Shown here: piece by piece, positions 33,601 through 44,308 of the stretch
Layout of the letters: the number at the start of each line of letters is the position of its first letter
Numbering within the stretch: position 1 is the first letter of the stretch
Assembly: GCF_902713615.1 (NCBI RefSeq)
Contig: NC_052158.1
Coordinates: 38,307,729 to 38,371,728 of the forward strand
Length of the DNA stretch: 64,000 nt
Source: Scyliorhinus canicula
Lineage: Eukaryota
Reading direction: 5' to 3'
The notes under the pieces: model-generated
The model's input: only the letters and a program-made list of their open reading frames with translations
The model's database searches: none
Told to the model about the DNA's origin: nothing
Program-made: the position numbers and the translations under genes

Positions 33601-34639
33601 GAGGTGGAAGATAGATGTGAACGGTGCCAAGGAGGCCCGGCCAACCACATCCACATGTTTTGGTCTTGCCCAGACTTGCAGGGTACTGGACAGCCTTCTT
33701 TGAGGCAATGTTCAAAGTGGTGGGGGTGAGAGTGGAGCCATGCCTGAAAGTGGCGGTCTTCGGGGTATCAGACCAGCCAGATCTATTTCTGGGGAGGAGG
33801 GCAGACACCCTTGCCTTTGCCTCCCTGATTGCCCTCCGTAAAATCCTGTTCGGCTGGCAGTCAGCAGCACCACCCAAAGCTGCAGACTGGCTGTCCGACC
33901 TGTCGGAATCCCTCCAAACGGAGAAAATCAAATTCACCATCCGAGGGTTAGACGACGGCTTCCACAGAACGTGGGAGCCATTCACCCAATTGTTCCGGCA
34001 CTTGTTTGTGGCCAACAAACAAGCAGAAGAATATCCAGGTAGCCAGGAACCAGGGGAAAGCAGCCAAAGCATGAGAGGGTGAGATAGAACGGGAGAGGGG
34101 AGGAACAATGTAATCTAAGAGGAAGGAAAGGCGAGCCACAGGAGGGCAGGGAGGGGGGGAGGAGGGAAGGGACAGGGAATAATAGAGGAAAACCAGGGAG
34201 GTAGGTGGGGGGGGGGGGGGGGGGGTGGGGGTGGCGGGGGGCGGGGGGGGGTTGGAGTCAGGGAAACGTTAACCAATTGGACATCCACAGGAACAGAGAA
34301 AAAGGAGAATACAGGCGAAAGACTGGAGGGCCAGCTGAAGCGGCAGTGTGCACGAGAAGACAACGGCTGTGAAATCCGTCCGGGAGAAGCGAGGGGCAAC
34401 AGCAGCACCAGACCCATTCAAGGATTGCCCTCCGGAATTGTCCACCAGCACAAACAGATGCCTACTTATATATTTATATATTATGTCCTTTGTACTTAAC
34501 GGCAAATATACTCTGTTCAAAAATCCAATAAAAAACATTTATATCAATAAAAAAGGTATTCTAACTGCGGCCTATCCTCAGGGCTCTCTGCCCAGGCTTG
34601 CCAGCTTACAGGCCTCGAGGAGATGACCAGCTTCCTAGA

Positions 34640-34955
34640 ATCGTGGAATCATAGAATTTATGGTGCAGAAGGAGGTCATTCGGCCCATCGAGTCCACACC
34701 AGTCCTTGGAAAGAGCACCCTACTTAAGCCCATACCTCCACTCTATCCCCATAACGCAATATCCCCACCTGTCCTTTTGGACACAAAGGGGCAATTTAGC
34801 ATGGCCAATCCACCTAACATGCTCATCTTTGCACTGTGGGATGAACCACGCAGAAACAGGAACTAAGTGCAAACTCCACACAGACAGTCACCCGAGGCCA
34901 GAATTGAACCTGTTTCCCTGGAACTGCGATGCAGCAGTACTGACGACTGTGCCAC
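34640..34955 (-). mobile_element. HE1-like V-SINE with a CR1-type tail
   Basis: gggcaatttagcatggccaatccacctaac core and (catagaat) tail. Confidence 0.85.
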
Positions 34956-35164
34956 CATGCCGCCCATTCGGACTCTCTGGGACCCTGTTCCGCACACAGC
35001 CTCCAGACTGGATGGTAAATCAGCTTGCTGGAGCGCAGCCCTCCAGTTTAGGTTCTCAGTGGTCCGAACCCTAACCTTAATCCCGCAGGATCTAGGCCAA
35101 AGTTGTACTTGGGAAACAGTTCATGAATTTCATCTCAAAATCCTATTCCATTGATATTGCGGTG

Positions 35165-35530
35165 TTATTTCTTTTTTTTAAATTATTTTTACTCAAGCAG
35201 GACATTAACAACATGCAAGCAATTATTCAATAACAATATAAATAAAATATAATTCTCCAAATTTGAGATTGTTACTCTTATTTCCATGAAACCTTTTCCC
35301 ATTTCCCTTCCCCCTCTTCCAACCTTCCCAACCCCAACCTCCACCCCACCCCCACCTCCCACCCCCGGCCCACCAGCCCTTCCCAGTTGGCAACAAACAG
35401 ATCTGTAAACAGACTCAAGATCAGCTTCCATCTCATTCAGAATCTCCCATCTGAACCGCAAAGAGTAAATTTAATTTTCTCGTTTAAGGAATTCCGCAAC
35501 ATCCCTCAACCATGTTGATACTTTTGGCAG
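35165..35530 (-). mobile_element. L1 3' fragment, degraded
   Basis: T-rich tail, polypurine 3' UTR on the reverse strand, and L1 C-terminal-like sequence (ccatctcattcagaatctccca). Confidence 0.55.
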
Positions 35531-35624
35531 ATCTTCTGACATCCATTCAAGTACAATTCACCTCTTATTGCTGTGTTATTTCAACATGGGCCAACTATTC
35601 TCAGTGCTTAACGTCATCCTGGTT

Positions 35625-35805
35625 GCTGGGGTTGGTTTAGCTCACTCGGCTAAATCGCTGGCTTTTCAAGCAGGCCAGCAGCACGGTTTGATTCCCGTAC
35701 CAGCCTCCCCGAACAGGCGCCGGAATGTGGCGACGAGGGGCTTTTCACAGTAACTTCATTGAAGCCTACTCATGACAATAAGCAATTTTCATTTCATTTC
35801 ATTTC
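35625..35805 (+). mobile_element. Short tRNA-derived SINE with an (atttc)n tail
   Basis: Head ggggttggtttagctcactcggctaaatcgc...ggtttgattcccg. 3' part gcttttcacagtaacttcattgaagcctact is shared with V-SINE tails. Confidence 0.75.
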
Positions 35806-36067
35806 ATCCACCAACAGTGCAGGGCTATCTCTTTGTGATTGCACTCCAGGGTCTGTAATTACAGCCTGCTGCTCTTCATTCACTTGGGCGGGGCAGCCTA
35901 TGGATTGAATAGGGCCTTGCCAAGTTTGTTACTTTATTTCACAGACAGAATCATAGTTTCCTACCATGTGTAGTGCTGGTCATGACTTGGCACCCTCTTA
36001 AACGTCTACTTACATCTGATGGATAAGGTTAAAGTTTTTCAGTGGGATAAGCAATGACATCAAGTAA

Positions 36068-36325
36068 AAGCAATATACTGCGGATGCTGGAACACGAACA
36101 CAAAAACAAAAAATCTGGATAAATTCAGCAGGCCTGGCAGCATCTGTACAGTGAGCAACACAGTTAATGTTTCAAGTCCAACTGACCCCTCTGCAGAACT
36201 GAACAGGGATAGGGGTGTGATGAATTCTACAGTTGAAGAGCCAAAGGAATTAAAACATTAACTCTGGTTTCTCTTCTTACAGATGGTGCCAGGCCTGCTG
36301 AGGTTTGCCAGGATCCTCTGTTCTT
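36068..36325. mobile_element. Old inverted-repeat element derived from Penelope termini
   Basis: Arms cagcaggcctggcagcatctgta and tacagatggtgccaggcctgctga are inverted complements. Same family as 37505-37715. Confidence 0.6.
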
Positions 36326-36644
36326 TAAGCTATTATTGCATTTGTAATTGCCACTATTGGTGCTGAAGGTTAAAAAAAAGGCATGCAATGGCAAAACATG
36401 GACTGCTTCACTGGTTTAGTCCCTTGTCCATTACATCTGAACCCCGTAGTTAAATCAACTTATTCGAATTGTGTCAAAATGTCCTAACGTGTGTGTTAAA
36501 TGTACGCATTCTGGAAGAAATTAGTAAATTGAGCTCCTCATGCGGGAAGGAATACAGCACAAACCTGATGCCAATTCTTCGACTGTTCCAATGATAACTA
36601 GATTTAGAAAAATGAACATATCGGTATACCTGTTTGAAACTTTG

Positions 36645-36790
36645 TGTGTGGGCGTGTTAGTGAACATGTGTATATTTGTGTTTAAGTGTGTGTATGCACA
36701 TCTATGTTTGTGTGTTTATTTGTGTGTGTACGTTTACATGTATGTATTTGTGTTTGTGTGTGTCTGTGCACAACACCGTGACCTAGCAGT
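36645..36790. repeat. (TG)n-rich low-complexity tract
   Basis: Degenerate tgtgtg/tgtatg repeats. Confidence 0.75.
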
Positions 36791-37014
36791 GTTGTGGGCT
36801 GACGATGGGTTCGTGAAATGAGACGTTCATAGACAGCGTCGCCTTCATCGCGTTGTTGATGAAGAAGACAGCATGAAAGCTGCAACATGCGCCTCTGTTA
36901 ACATGTTCAATATTTGCGGTCAAGGGATGATCACGAATGGAAATGTCATTAAAAACCAGACAAGGTATTCCAGAAAGTACAATTAGGTGCATTATTGTGG
37001 AGAAAACTGCGACG

Positions 37015-37400
37015 TCACAACCAAGGAACAGGAGCAGGCTACTCTACCCCTCACGCCTGCTTCGCCATTTAATAAGATCATAGCTGATCGGATGGTAACC
37101 TCGTTTACATTCCGCCTATCACCCCCCCCCCCCCCCCTTGCTCCCAAGAAGCTATCCCACTATGCCTTAAAAATATTCCAAGACTCTGCTTCCACCATCA
37201 TTTCAGGAAGAGAATTCCAAAGACTTACGACCCTATGAGAGAGGGGGTAAAATTGCGTCATCTCCATTTTAAATGGGCGACCCATTGTTTTTAAATGCTG
37301 ACCGCTAGTTATGGATTCGCCCACAAGAGGAAACATCCCATCACCATCCACTCTGTCAAGATCTGTCAGGATCTGAGATGTCCCAATCAAGTCGTCGTTT
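37015..37400 (-). mobile_element. Old CR1 3' fragment
   Basis: ORF 37160-37390 gives DLDRVD...MFPLVGES.T.GQHLK...RVVSLWNSLP. Confidence 0.8.
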
Positions 37401-37504
37401 ATTCTTCTATGAAACCCAGTTCAGGATGATGCTCTTCACGAGTGTGTTATGTGGCCGTTTTGTTGAAGGAAATCAGGAAATGTGATGTCTCACTCTCAGT
37501 TAAT

Positions 37505-37715
37505 TAAAAAGCAAATTACTGCGGATGCTGGATTCTAAAACTAAAAGAGAACATGCTGGAAAATCCCAGCAGGTCTGGCAGCATCTGTAGGGAGGGGAAG
37601 GGCTAGCGTTTCGAGTCCAGATGACCCTTTGAGCTTTGACAAAGGATTATCTGGATTTTCTCTCCCTACAGATGCTGCCAGACCTGCTGAGATTTTTCAG
37701 TATTTTCTCTTTGGC
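37505..37715. mobile_element. Inverted-repeat element derived from Penelope termini
   Basis: Arms cagcaggtctggcagcatctgtagggag and ctccctacagatgctgccagacctgctgag. The centre carries a hammerhead-like remnant GGGTC-ATCTG-GACTC-GAAACG on the minus strand. Confidence 0.7.
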
Positions 37716-37869
37716 TCCAGTTAATTTAGGTATGCTTTAACAAGCTTTGAAAGTGACAATGTGGCATTACAGCTGTTTTTATTGTGAGGTTTGCATCTCT
37801 CATGGGATGAAAATTATTCCCTACGTAAATTACAATGAAACTTAATTATCACACGAGACTTTCCTTGGA

Positions 37870-37876
37870 TATATAA
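37870..37876 (+). promoter_or_regulatory. TATA box of GPCR gene 3
   Basis: TATATAA, 70 nt upstream of the ATG at 37940. Confidence 0.5.
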
Positions 37877-37939
37877 GAGAGTTTGATCTGGGAACACCAC
37901 GACAGTGTGTCCAACCACCTTCCTCACTACTCCCAAAAA

Positions 37940-38009
37940 ATGGGAGGTCCAATACTTATACAGGTGCAAGAAATTTACTATCCTGCCCTTGCACTGCTTG
38001 GCGTTCCTG
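37940..38009 (+). CDS. GPR139/GPR142-like GPCR gene 3, exon 1 (MGGPILIQVQEIYYPALALLGVP-)
   Basis: aaaATGG start context, IYYP..A..GVP motif, and phase 1 donor G|gtaagt at 38010. Confidence 0.88.
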
Positions 38010-39589
38010 GTAAGTTATATTCTCAGTAATTATTACATCTGCTAGTGCTGTACTGTACTATTTTTTCTGCCTATGTAATTATGATATGGCATCAAAGTAT
38101 GTGTTAAATTTAATGGAACAGAATATGTGCAAAAAGTGCTATCAATTCCTGCTGATCACTACATTACATTAAACAAAGTAGTTTTCGGTAAACTTCCTAA
38201 ACTTTCTGCCTCGCCGAATTAATTCTGCTGTAAATTTCTGCATGTTGGAGGCGGGGGGGGTGGGGGGAGGGGAGGGAGAGAAGTGTTCCCCCACTGCACC
38301 TTCAAAATTAATTTGCTGCCATTTAATCCTGGATATCTAATTTGCGAGAAAATGTTGAGGAGAGATAACGCAGATCCGAATTGTATGTCTGTTCTTCAGA
38401 AGCAGCGGTATTTATTGCCAATGCACCGTTTAAAAGGTTGCAACCCATTGAAGGGGGGCAGTTTTGGAGGGCTGTGGCTCAGCGGCCGAACAGCCTTTCG
38501 CGACTCAGGTGGATCTGTTGCTGGTTGGAGTTAGGGTCAGAAGAGATTTAATGGAATTCCTCTTCTCACGGGCGTGTTTGTGGTGTGGGGGTTGTTAGTT
38601 CACTATCGAGTCAATTTAATGCAAAATGAGTGATAGCACCCATGGCACATCTGGACTGATTTTTCCCCCTATTAATTTGCATTTGATCTAAAAGAGATTG
38701 TAGCCTATTTGACGTTTGCCCAGAATACAAACTGAGTGGTGCGGTCCATTACACTCGCCTAATTTTCTTCCTACTGTTTCATATATTGTCGACATAAAAT
38801 TGTAATCAGACCCACCAAACTGACTCCTATTTTATTATCTCATAACAAAAGAACACCAGGTTCGCATTGGTAACAGAGGTAACATCAGATGAAAAATTAC
38901 GACCTGAAACGGCAACACTCTTTCTCTCTCTACCCGTTTCGCCAGTCATGTTACTTATTTCCAGAATTCTCTGTTCTTTTTTATTTCGGAAGGTCCAAAC
39001 CTGTGCAATGTCAGTGCACCCTCTGCACCCACGCCGAATCGGACGTACATTTTGACAAGCCCGTCACCTTCCTGAGTAGATTTGGCTGCAACATTACAGG
39101 TGTCGTAAAGGGATTAAAGTGATTAGGCAGGTTGTCTCTGAACACTGTTGTTGCAGGAATTGCGATGTGCTCTGAAGAAACGCAAATCGGATACATAAAG
39201 CGGCCAAGGGGGTTGGGAGACCGGGGTGCGTCTTAACTCTCGGGTGCATGGCGGTACCCTACAACCCAGTTCGAAATCATTGAACATGTCGTTAGGCCAA
39301 GACATTTAGCTCTTGTTGGACATATACTGGCGTTAATCACCAGAACCTTCCACCAACTCGCTATTTAACTGTATTTGCTTAAACGACAGCATTACATATG
39401 AAGTTGTCATTATTGTTGTTACACAATTATATGTCAAAGTGAAAAGACATAAGCCTTTGTCTATGAATTAGCAGTGAAGGTTGGTGAAAGGACTGTAAAG
39501 TATGTTGCCTATTTGGATTATGAGGAAATGTTTGACACATAAGAGGCTGATTTACAAAATTGAGGCCTATGGAATAGGAGGGTGGGTTT

Positions 39590-39915
39590 TCACATTTTTT
39601 CATATCCCTGCACCTTGCAATGCAGAAGGAGGCCATTCGGCCCTTGGAGTCTGCGCCGACCCTCTGAAAGAGCACTCCATCCAAGCCCACTTTCCCGCCC
39701 TATCCTAATATCCGCGGAACCTGAACTGCAGATCTCATGACATTAATGGGCAATTTAGCTGGCCAATCCACCTAACCTGCGCATCTTTGGATTGTGGGAG
39801 GAAACTGGAGCTTCCAGAGGACACCTACGCTGACACGGGACAAAGTGCAAACTCCACACAGTCACCCGAGGCCGGAATCGGAACCAGGTCCCTGGCGCTG
39901 TGAGGCAGCAGTGTT
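39590..39915 (-). mobile_element. V-SINE with a CR1-type tail
   Basis: gggcaatttagctggccaatccacctaacctgc core; tRNA-like head on the reverse strand. Confidence 0.8.
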
Positions 39916-39944
39916 AACTATTGTGTCACCTTCCAAATATATAA

Positions 39945-40200
39945 TACATATACATGACTTAGATCGTGGAAGATGAAGACAAATTTCAAAATTTACGGTT
40001 GATACCAAACTTATGGGAAGTGCAAACAATGAGAAAGATACGCATCGCCTGACATGTTGCATTGATAGAACTGCAGAATGGACAGCGAGTGCCAGATGTA
40101 ATTAAATACCGAGAAGTGTGAATGCATTTTGGTGCGAATGCAATGCATTTTGGCAAAGGCGATACAACGAGACAATATAGACATATGGCACAATTCTTAA
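39945..40200 (+). mobile_element. Old CR1 RT fragment
   Basis: Degenerate DLDRG......ISKF.VDTKL.G.AN...D...L...IDR.AEW. Confidence 0.6.
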
Positions 40201-40214
40201 GAGTGTCCATGAAG

Positions 40215-40800
40215 CACGGTAGCACAGTGGGTGGCACAGTTTTTGTTTATAAATTTAGATTACCCAATTATTTTTTCCAATTAAGGGGCAATTTAGCGTG
40301 GCCAATCCACCTACTTTGCACATTTTTGGGTTGTGGGGGCGAAACCCACGCAGACACGGGGAGAATGTGCAAACTCCACACGAACAGTGACCCAGAGCCG
40401 GGATCGAACCTGGGACCTCAGCGCCGTGAGGCGGTTGTGCTAACCACTAGGTCACCGTGCTGCCCTGTGGGTGGCACAGTTGCTTCACAGCTCCAGAGTG
40501 CGAGTTCGATTCCTGGCGTGGGTCAATGTCTGTGCGGAATTTGCATGTTCTCCCGGTGTCTTTGTGGGTTTCCTCCGGGTGCTCCGGTTTCCTCCCACAG
40601 TCCAAAGATGTGCGGGTTAGGTGGATTGGCCATGCTAAATTGCCCGTAGTGTCCTAATAGAAGTAAGGTTAAAGGGGGGGGGTTGTTGGGTTACGGGTAT
40701 AGGGTGGATACGTGGGTTTGAGTAGGGTGATCATGGCTCGGCACAACATTGAGGGCCGAAGGGTCTGTTCTGTGCTGTACTGTTCTATGTTCTATGATCT
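40215..40800. mobile_element. Nested V-SINEs: a minus-strand copy (about 40240-40465) inside a plus-strand copy ending in a CR1 tail
   Basis: A plus-strand head at 40215 is interrupted by a reverse copy and resumes at about 40468. The tail ctgttctgtgctgtactgttctatg is near-identical in reverse to 7183-7290. Confidence 0.8.
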
Positions 40801-40804
40801 TATC

Positions 40805-41061
40805 CCTCTCCTCTTCATAATATTGTCTCCATAATCCAATCAACTCTTTGGCCCGCATACTTTGTTTTTTTTCCAGATTTCACCCTGAACTTGTTTAATA
40901 ATCTCCAGATCTTTAGTGCCCCCTAGTGGCCATTCATCACCCAACGTCTTCCTTAAAGTTGCTGATATTTTTCTCAAATCTCTCCCATTATCTGGATAAA
41001 TATCACATAATATTTGCAATGAGCTGTTTAGATCACTCGTGTTATCCAGGCAATTCCCCAT
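40805..41061 (-). pseudogene. gag: Second ERV: gag N-terminal (matrix-like) remnant
   Basis: MGNCL... ORF with WPLGGT.D, downstream of an LTR, PBS and leader. Truncated at about 40800. Confidence 0.6.
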
Positions 41062-41488
41062 AATCTCGAACTAGTCCTCAAGACTGCGTTGTTCACCACT
41101 ACTGTCCAAGGATACAATTTTAGCTTAATCAATTATAGTTTCCAAAACACACGTGGAACTGAACCATCCTTCCGACATCTCATCAATTCCGCAATCAACC
41201 CTTAACTGAACTATCAATACTATGATATCACATCAGTCTTTTTCAACCCTCAGTCGCACCTACATCGACTGAATTTTTAAATTTTCTAATCCCCAGACTG
41301 ACCTTTGATTTAATCGAGGCGATCTTTCCGTACCAACCGCGAGTGACCAGACCAATCAGACCATGAGAAAAGGAGAAAATCAATGTGGTCATTTTCCAGC
41401 TGCTCACATTGTGGGCCCATTTCCACTTTCCTTGTCCAACATCAGTCTAATTCTGATTTTGCAGTTGGCCGGTGACCATCTGGAGAAA

Positions 41489-41506
41489 TCCCGGATTTCG
41501 GCACCA
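41489..41506 (-). promoter_or_regulatory. Primer binding site, tRNA-Phe
   Basis: TGGTGCCGAAATCCGGGA is a 17/18 match to the complement of the tRNA-Phe 3' end (TGGTGCCGAAACCCGGGA). It lies 2 nt from a ...TGTCA LTR end. Confidence 0.85.
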
Positions 41507-41508
41507 AA

Positions 41509-41992
41509 TGACAATATTGAGTTCTTTACCCGTCAGTCTGGCCTCAATAAAACTCGAGATGGATTTGTAGGTATAGCATTATTTATTTTTAACCAACTTG
41601 CAAGGCTGACTCGCCCCACAGAGGTTCAGAACACACAGGCGGTCTTCTGAAGCCACAGAACAGAGTGAAATCGGAGACAAAGAAATCTCTGCAAATATCA
41701 TTGAAATGGCATCAGGTTTCACATACAAGATTCCCATAGGTCATCCTATACACCTCCTGACCTGGCCTTATATCCTGATTGGCTCACTTCACATTCCTCA
41801 ACCCTGTGCCTCTTATTACCCAGCATCCTTTTCCCCATCCTCCACGAGGCTCTCTCCCCCCCTTCCTGGCCATGCTTTCTGAATCCCTTTGTCCTTTGTT
41901 TGTGAACTCACTACTATCAGACTGGCTCACATCTACATTATTCCAACTAATAATCCTATTTCATATCACATTCGTTTGTTCAATAACTCACA
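41509..41992 (-). mobile_element. Second ERV 5' LTR (about 484 bp)
   Basis: TGTGA...TGTCA termini on the minus strand. AATAAA at 41582-41587, CCAAT-like at 41778-41782, TATA-like at 41767-41772. Abuts L1 endonuclease sequence at 41993. Confidence 0.7.
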
Positions 41993-42740
41993 ATGACTGT
42001 GTTGAAATCTTCCCCGAGGATCTAATTATGCGAATTATGGTCTGGATCTTAATTAACAGCCACCTCATAAATTTCACATCATCCCAGTTTGGAGCATATA
42101 TGTTCACAAGTACCACCCGCATCCCCTCAAGCGTCCCACTCAGTATTATGTACCTCCCCCCCCCCCCCCCAATATCTACCACAATTCTCCCTAAATGCCA
42201 CCTGTTTGTTATTCAGGATCACAACCCCCTGGTCTTAGAGTCCAGCCCTGAGAGGAATACTTGGCCAACCCACCCCTTCCTCAATCCGGTCTGATCTGTA
42301 ACCTTTAGGTGTGTCTCTTGTAAAATTGCTACATCTGCCTTCAATCTCCTCAGATTCGTGAACACTTGAGCCCTCTTAACCGCCCTGTTTATCCCTCTAA
42401 CATTCCAAGTAATCAGCTTCGTCGGGTGGTAACCTGCCCCCTCCCTGCCAACTAGCCATTACCCTGCTTAGACCAAACTCTAGCTTGCATCCCCCGCCAC
42501 CTTGAGCCCGCCCTCGAACATCCGCCGTCCTTGACCTCCCACTTGTCCCCTCGTAACAGTTCCTCCACTGTCAGCAGAGCATCCTCCCTCCCCCCTTGTA
42601 ACATCACCAAAATCCCAACCCCCCATATCAAACTTATCAGCTGTTTACCCCCCACTGAGCTTCCGTGAGTTAGCTTCCCTCGCTGACCTAGTAGCTCCTG
42701 CCCAATGCACCAGACATCCTATCTCCCCATTGCTCTCCCT

Positions 42741-42777
<37 letters not shown>

Positions 42778-42890
42778 GGCAGAAAAGTCCATCCCAACCG
42801 GAAACCGGCAGACCAAAAAAACCTAGCGCCCAGCTGAGGCGGGCACAAGCAAATCAAATGAAATAGAACAAGGCCCCAAAGTAATATCTA
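41993..42890 (-). mobile_element. L1 fragment (inter-ORF region and endonuclease N-terminus)
   Basis: GRYIILSGTLEG..VVLVNIYAPNWDD...LL, similar to 22500-22640. Confidence 0.85.
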
Positions 42891-43269
42891 AAACAGAGGG
42901 GCGGGGCTAATGGACAGAGGAAGGGTAGAAGAACTATTCCTATCTAAATAGATGACAATCACATTTTGTAAAATAAGTATTCAAATAAAATATCTGAAGT
43001 TAACAAATTGCGGGCATGGGGGCTAAGGAATTGGGGTTATGGGGTGTTAGTTCAAATGTTGTACTGTTATAAATTGTACCGATCCACATAGCTTTATTTA
43101 TTGTGTAATGTATAAAATGAAAAACTTCAGTAAAAACATTTCCGAAGAAAGGAAAAGAAAAGATCCTGAATAGGTATAATATATTGGCATGAACAAAAGA
43201 CGGGGATCAGAGGATTGGCATCAATGCATCATTTTCTGGTTGACAAGGTAAAATGTGTGGCGTGCCACA

Positions 43270-43845
43270 GGAATCAGTACTTCGGCCTCAACGTTTCATA
43301 ATTTGAATAAATTATTTGGATGAAGGGCCGAGGGTATGGTGGCTAAGTCTGCTGATGACACAAAAATAGTTAGGAGAGTGAGTTTTAAAGAGGACATAGC
43401 AGACCACAAAGGCATTTAGGGAGGTTAACAAAGACGAGGCAATTAGAGTGCTATGTGAGAAAACATGTAACTGCCCATTTTGACAGGAAGAATGAAAAAG
43501 AAGCAAATTACTTAAATGTTAGGCGATTCTTTGAGATGCAGAGGAATGTGAATGACTTGGTCCATGAATCACAAACGCTTAGCATGCAAGTATTGCAAAT
43601 AATTCAGAAAGCTAACAGAATGAAGTGGTAAATTGCAAGGGAAATTGATTATAAACCAAAGCAGTCATACAGGAAATTTGTGAGACTGCATCTGGAGAAC
43701 TATGTGCAGAATTGGTCCCCTTGTTTAAGGAAGGATGTAAATGCATTGGAAGCAGTTCAGGGAAGACTTTCTGGACAAATATCTGGAACGGTCATTTTGC
43801 CTTCTGAGGAAAGTTGGACAGGCTCGGCTTTTATCTGTTAAAACT
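43270..43845 (+). mobile_element. Old CR1 RT fragment
   Basis: Degenerate NYLDEG.EGMVAK.ADDTKI, followed by ttggaagcagttcaggg. Confidence 0.75.
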
Positions 43846-44308
43846 AATCTTAAAATACTACGGGATTAACTGGTTTCCTATCCAGGGAGCCAACATGGAC
43901 TTGATGGGGATCGTGTATATAAATGCTCCCAGGCTCTACGAGTGTTATTTTTGAAATATTCATAAATACAGATTTCTGTGGGGGTATATTGTGACAAAGT
44001 GTAAACAAAATATTAATTAAATTAAGGTGCTACAATAAAATGTGTCCATTGATTTGTGTCTAAAGTTAACTGAAGAAAACAATAGTAAATGAGAGATCAA
44101 AAGTTCAGTTTCATCGTATCTTATTAGTTTTTTTAAGACAACTCAGGCGATACACAATGTTTCATGAATGGCTAAATAGTTAAATGTCCTCAGAATTTAC
44201 ATATTCACATAGGCAGAGAGTAAGCGATTAATATTTTGGCAGTTTTCGAGAGCAAATGATTTTTCAAGCCTGTATTCATGATTTATTTCACTACTTTTGC
44301 ATTTTCAG

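Larger units (their letters stand above)
19648..34554 (+). mobile_element. L1-clade LINE, near full length (about 5.8 kb after removing nested insertions), inactivated
   Basis: 13-bp TSD ggtattctaactg at 19635-19647 and 34555-34567. AATAAA and an A-rich tail at 34527-34554. ORF1 remnants (RAVIAKLHR..DRETIL..AR; GMLYP.KL). APE endonuclease (WNVRGL, FLQETHL, SDHAPH), RT (KAPGPDG, DAEKAFDRVEW, GTRQGCPLSPLL, ISLYAD) and C-terminal CxxC...H.FWSC. Confidence 0.95.

Noticed and set aside
38860-39420. CpG-containing intronic segment with several 60-77 aa ORFs
   Set aside because: No family motif or coherent exon boundaries; probably an old repeat or neutral sequence.
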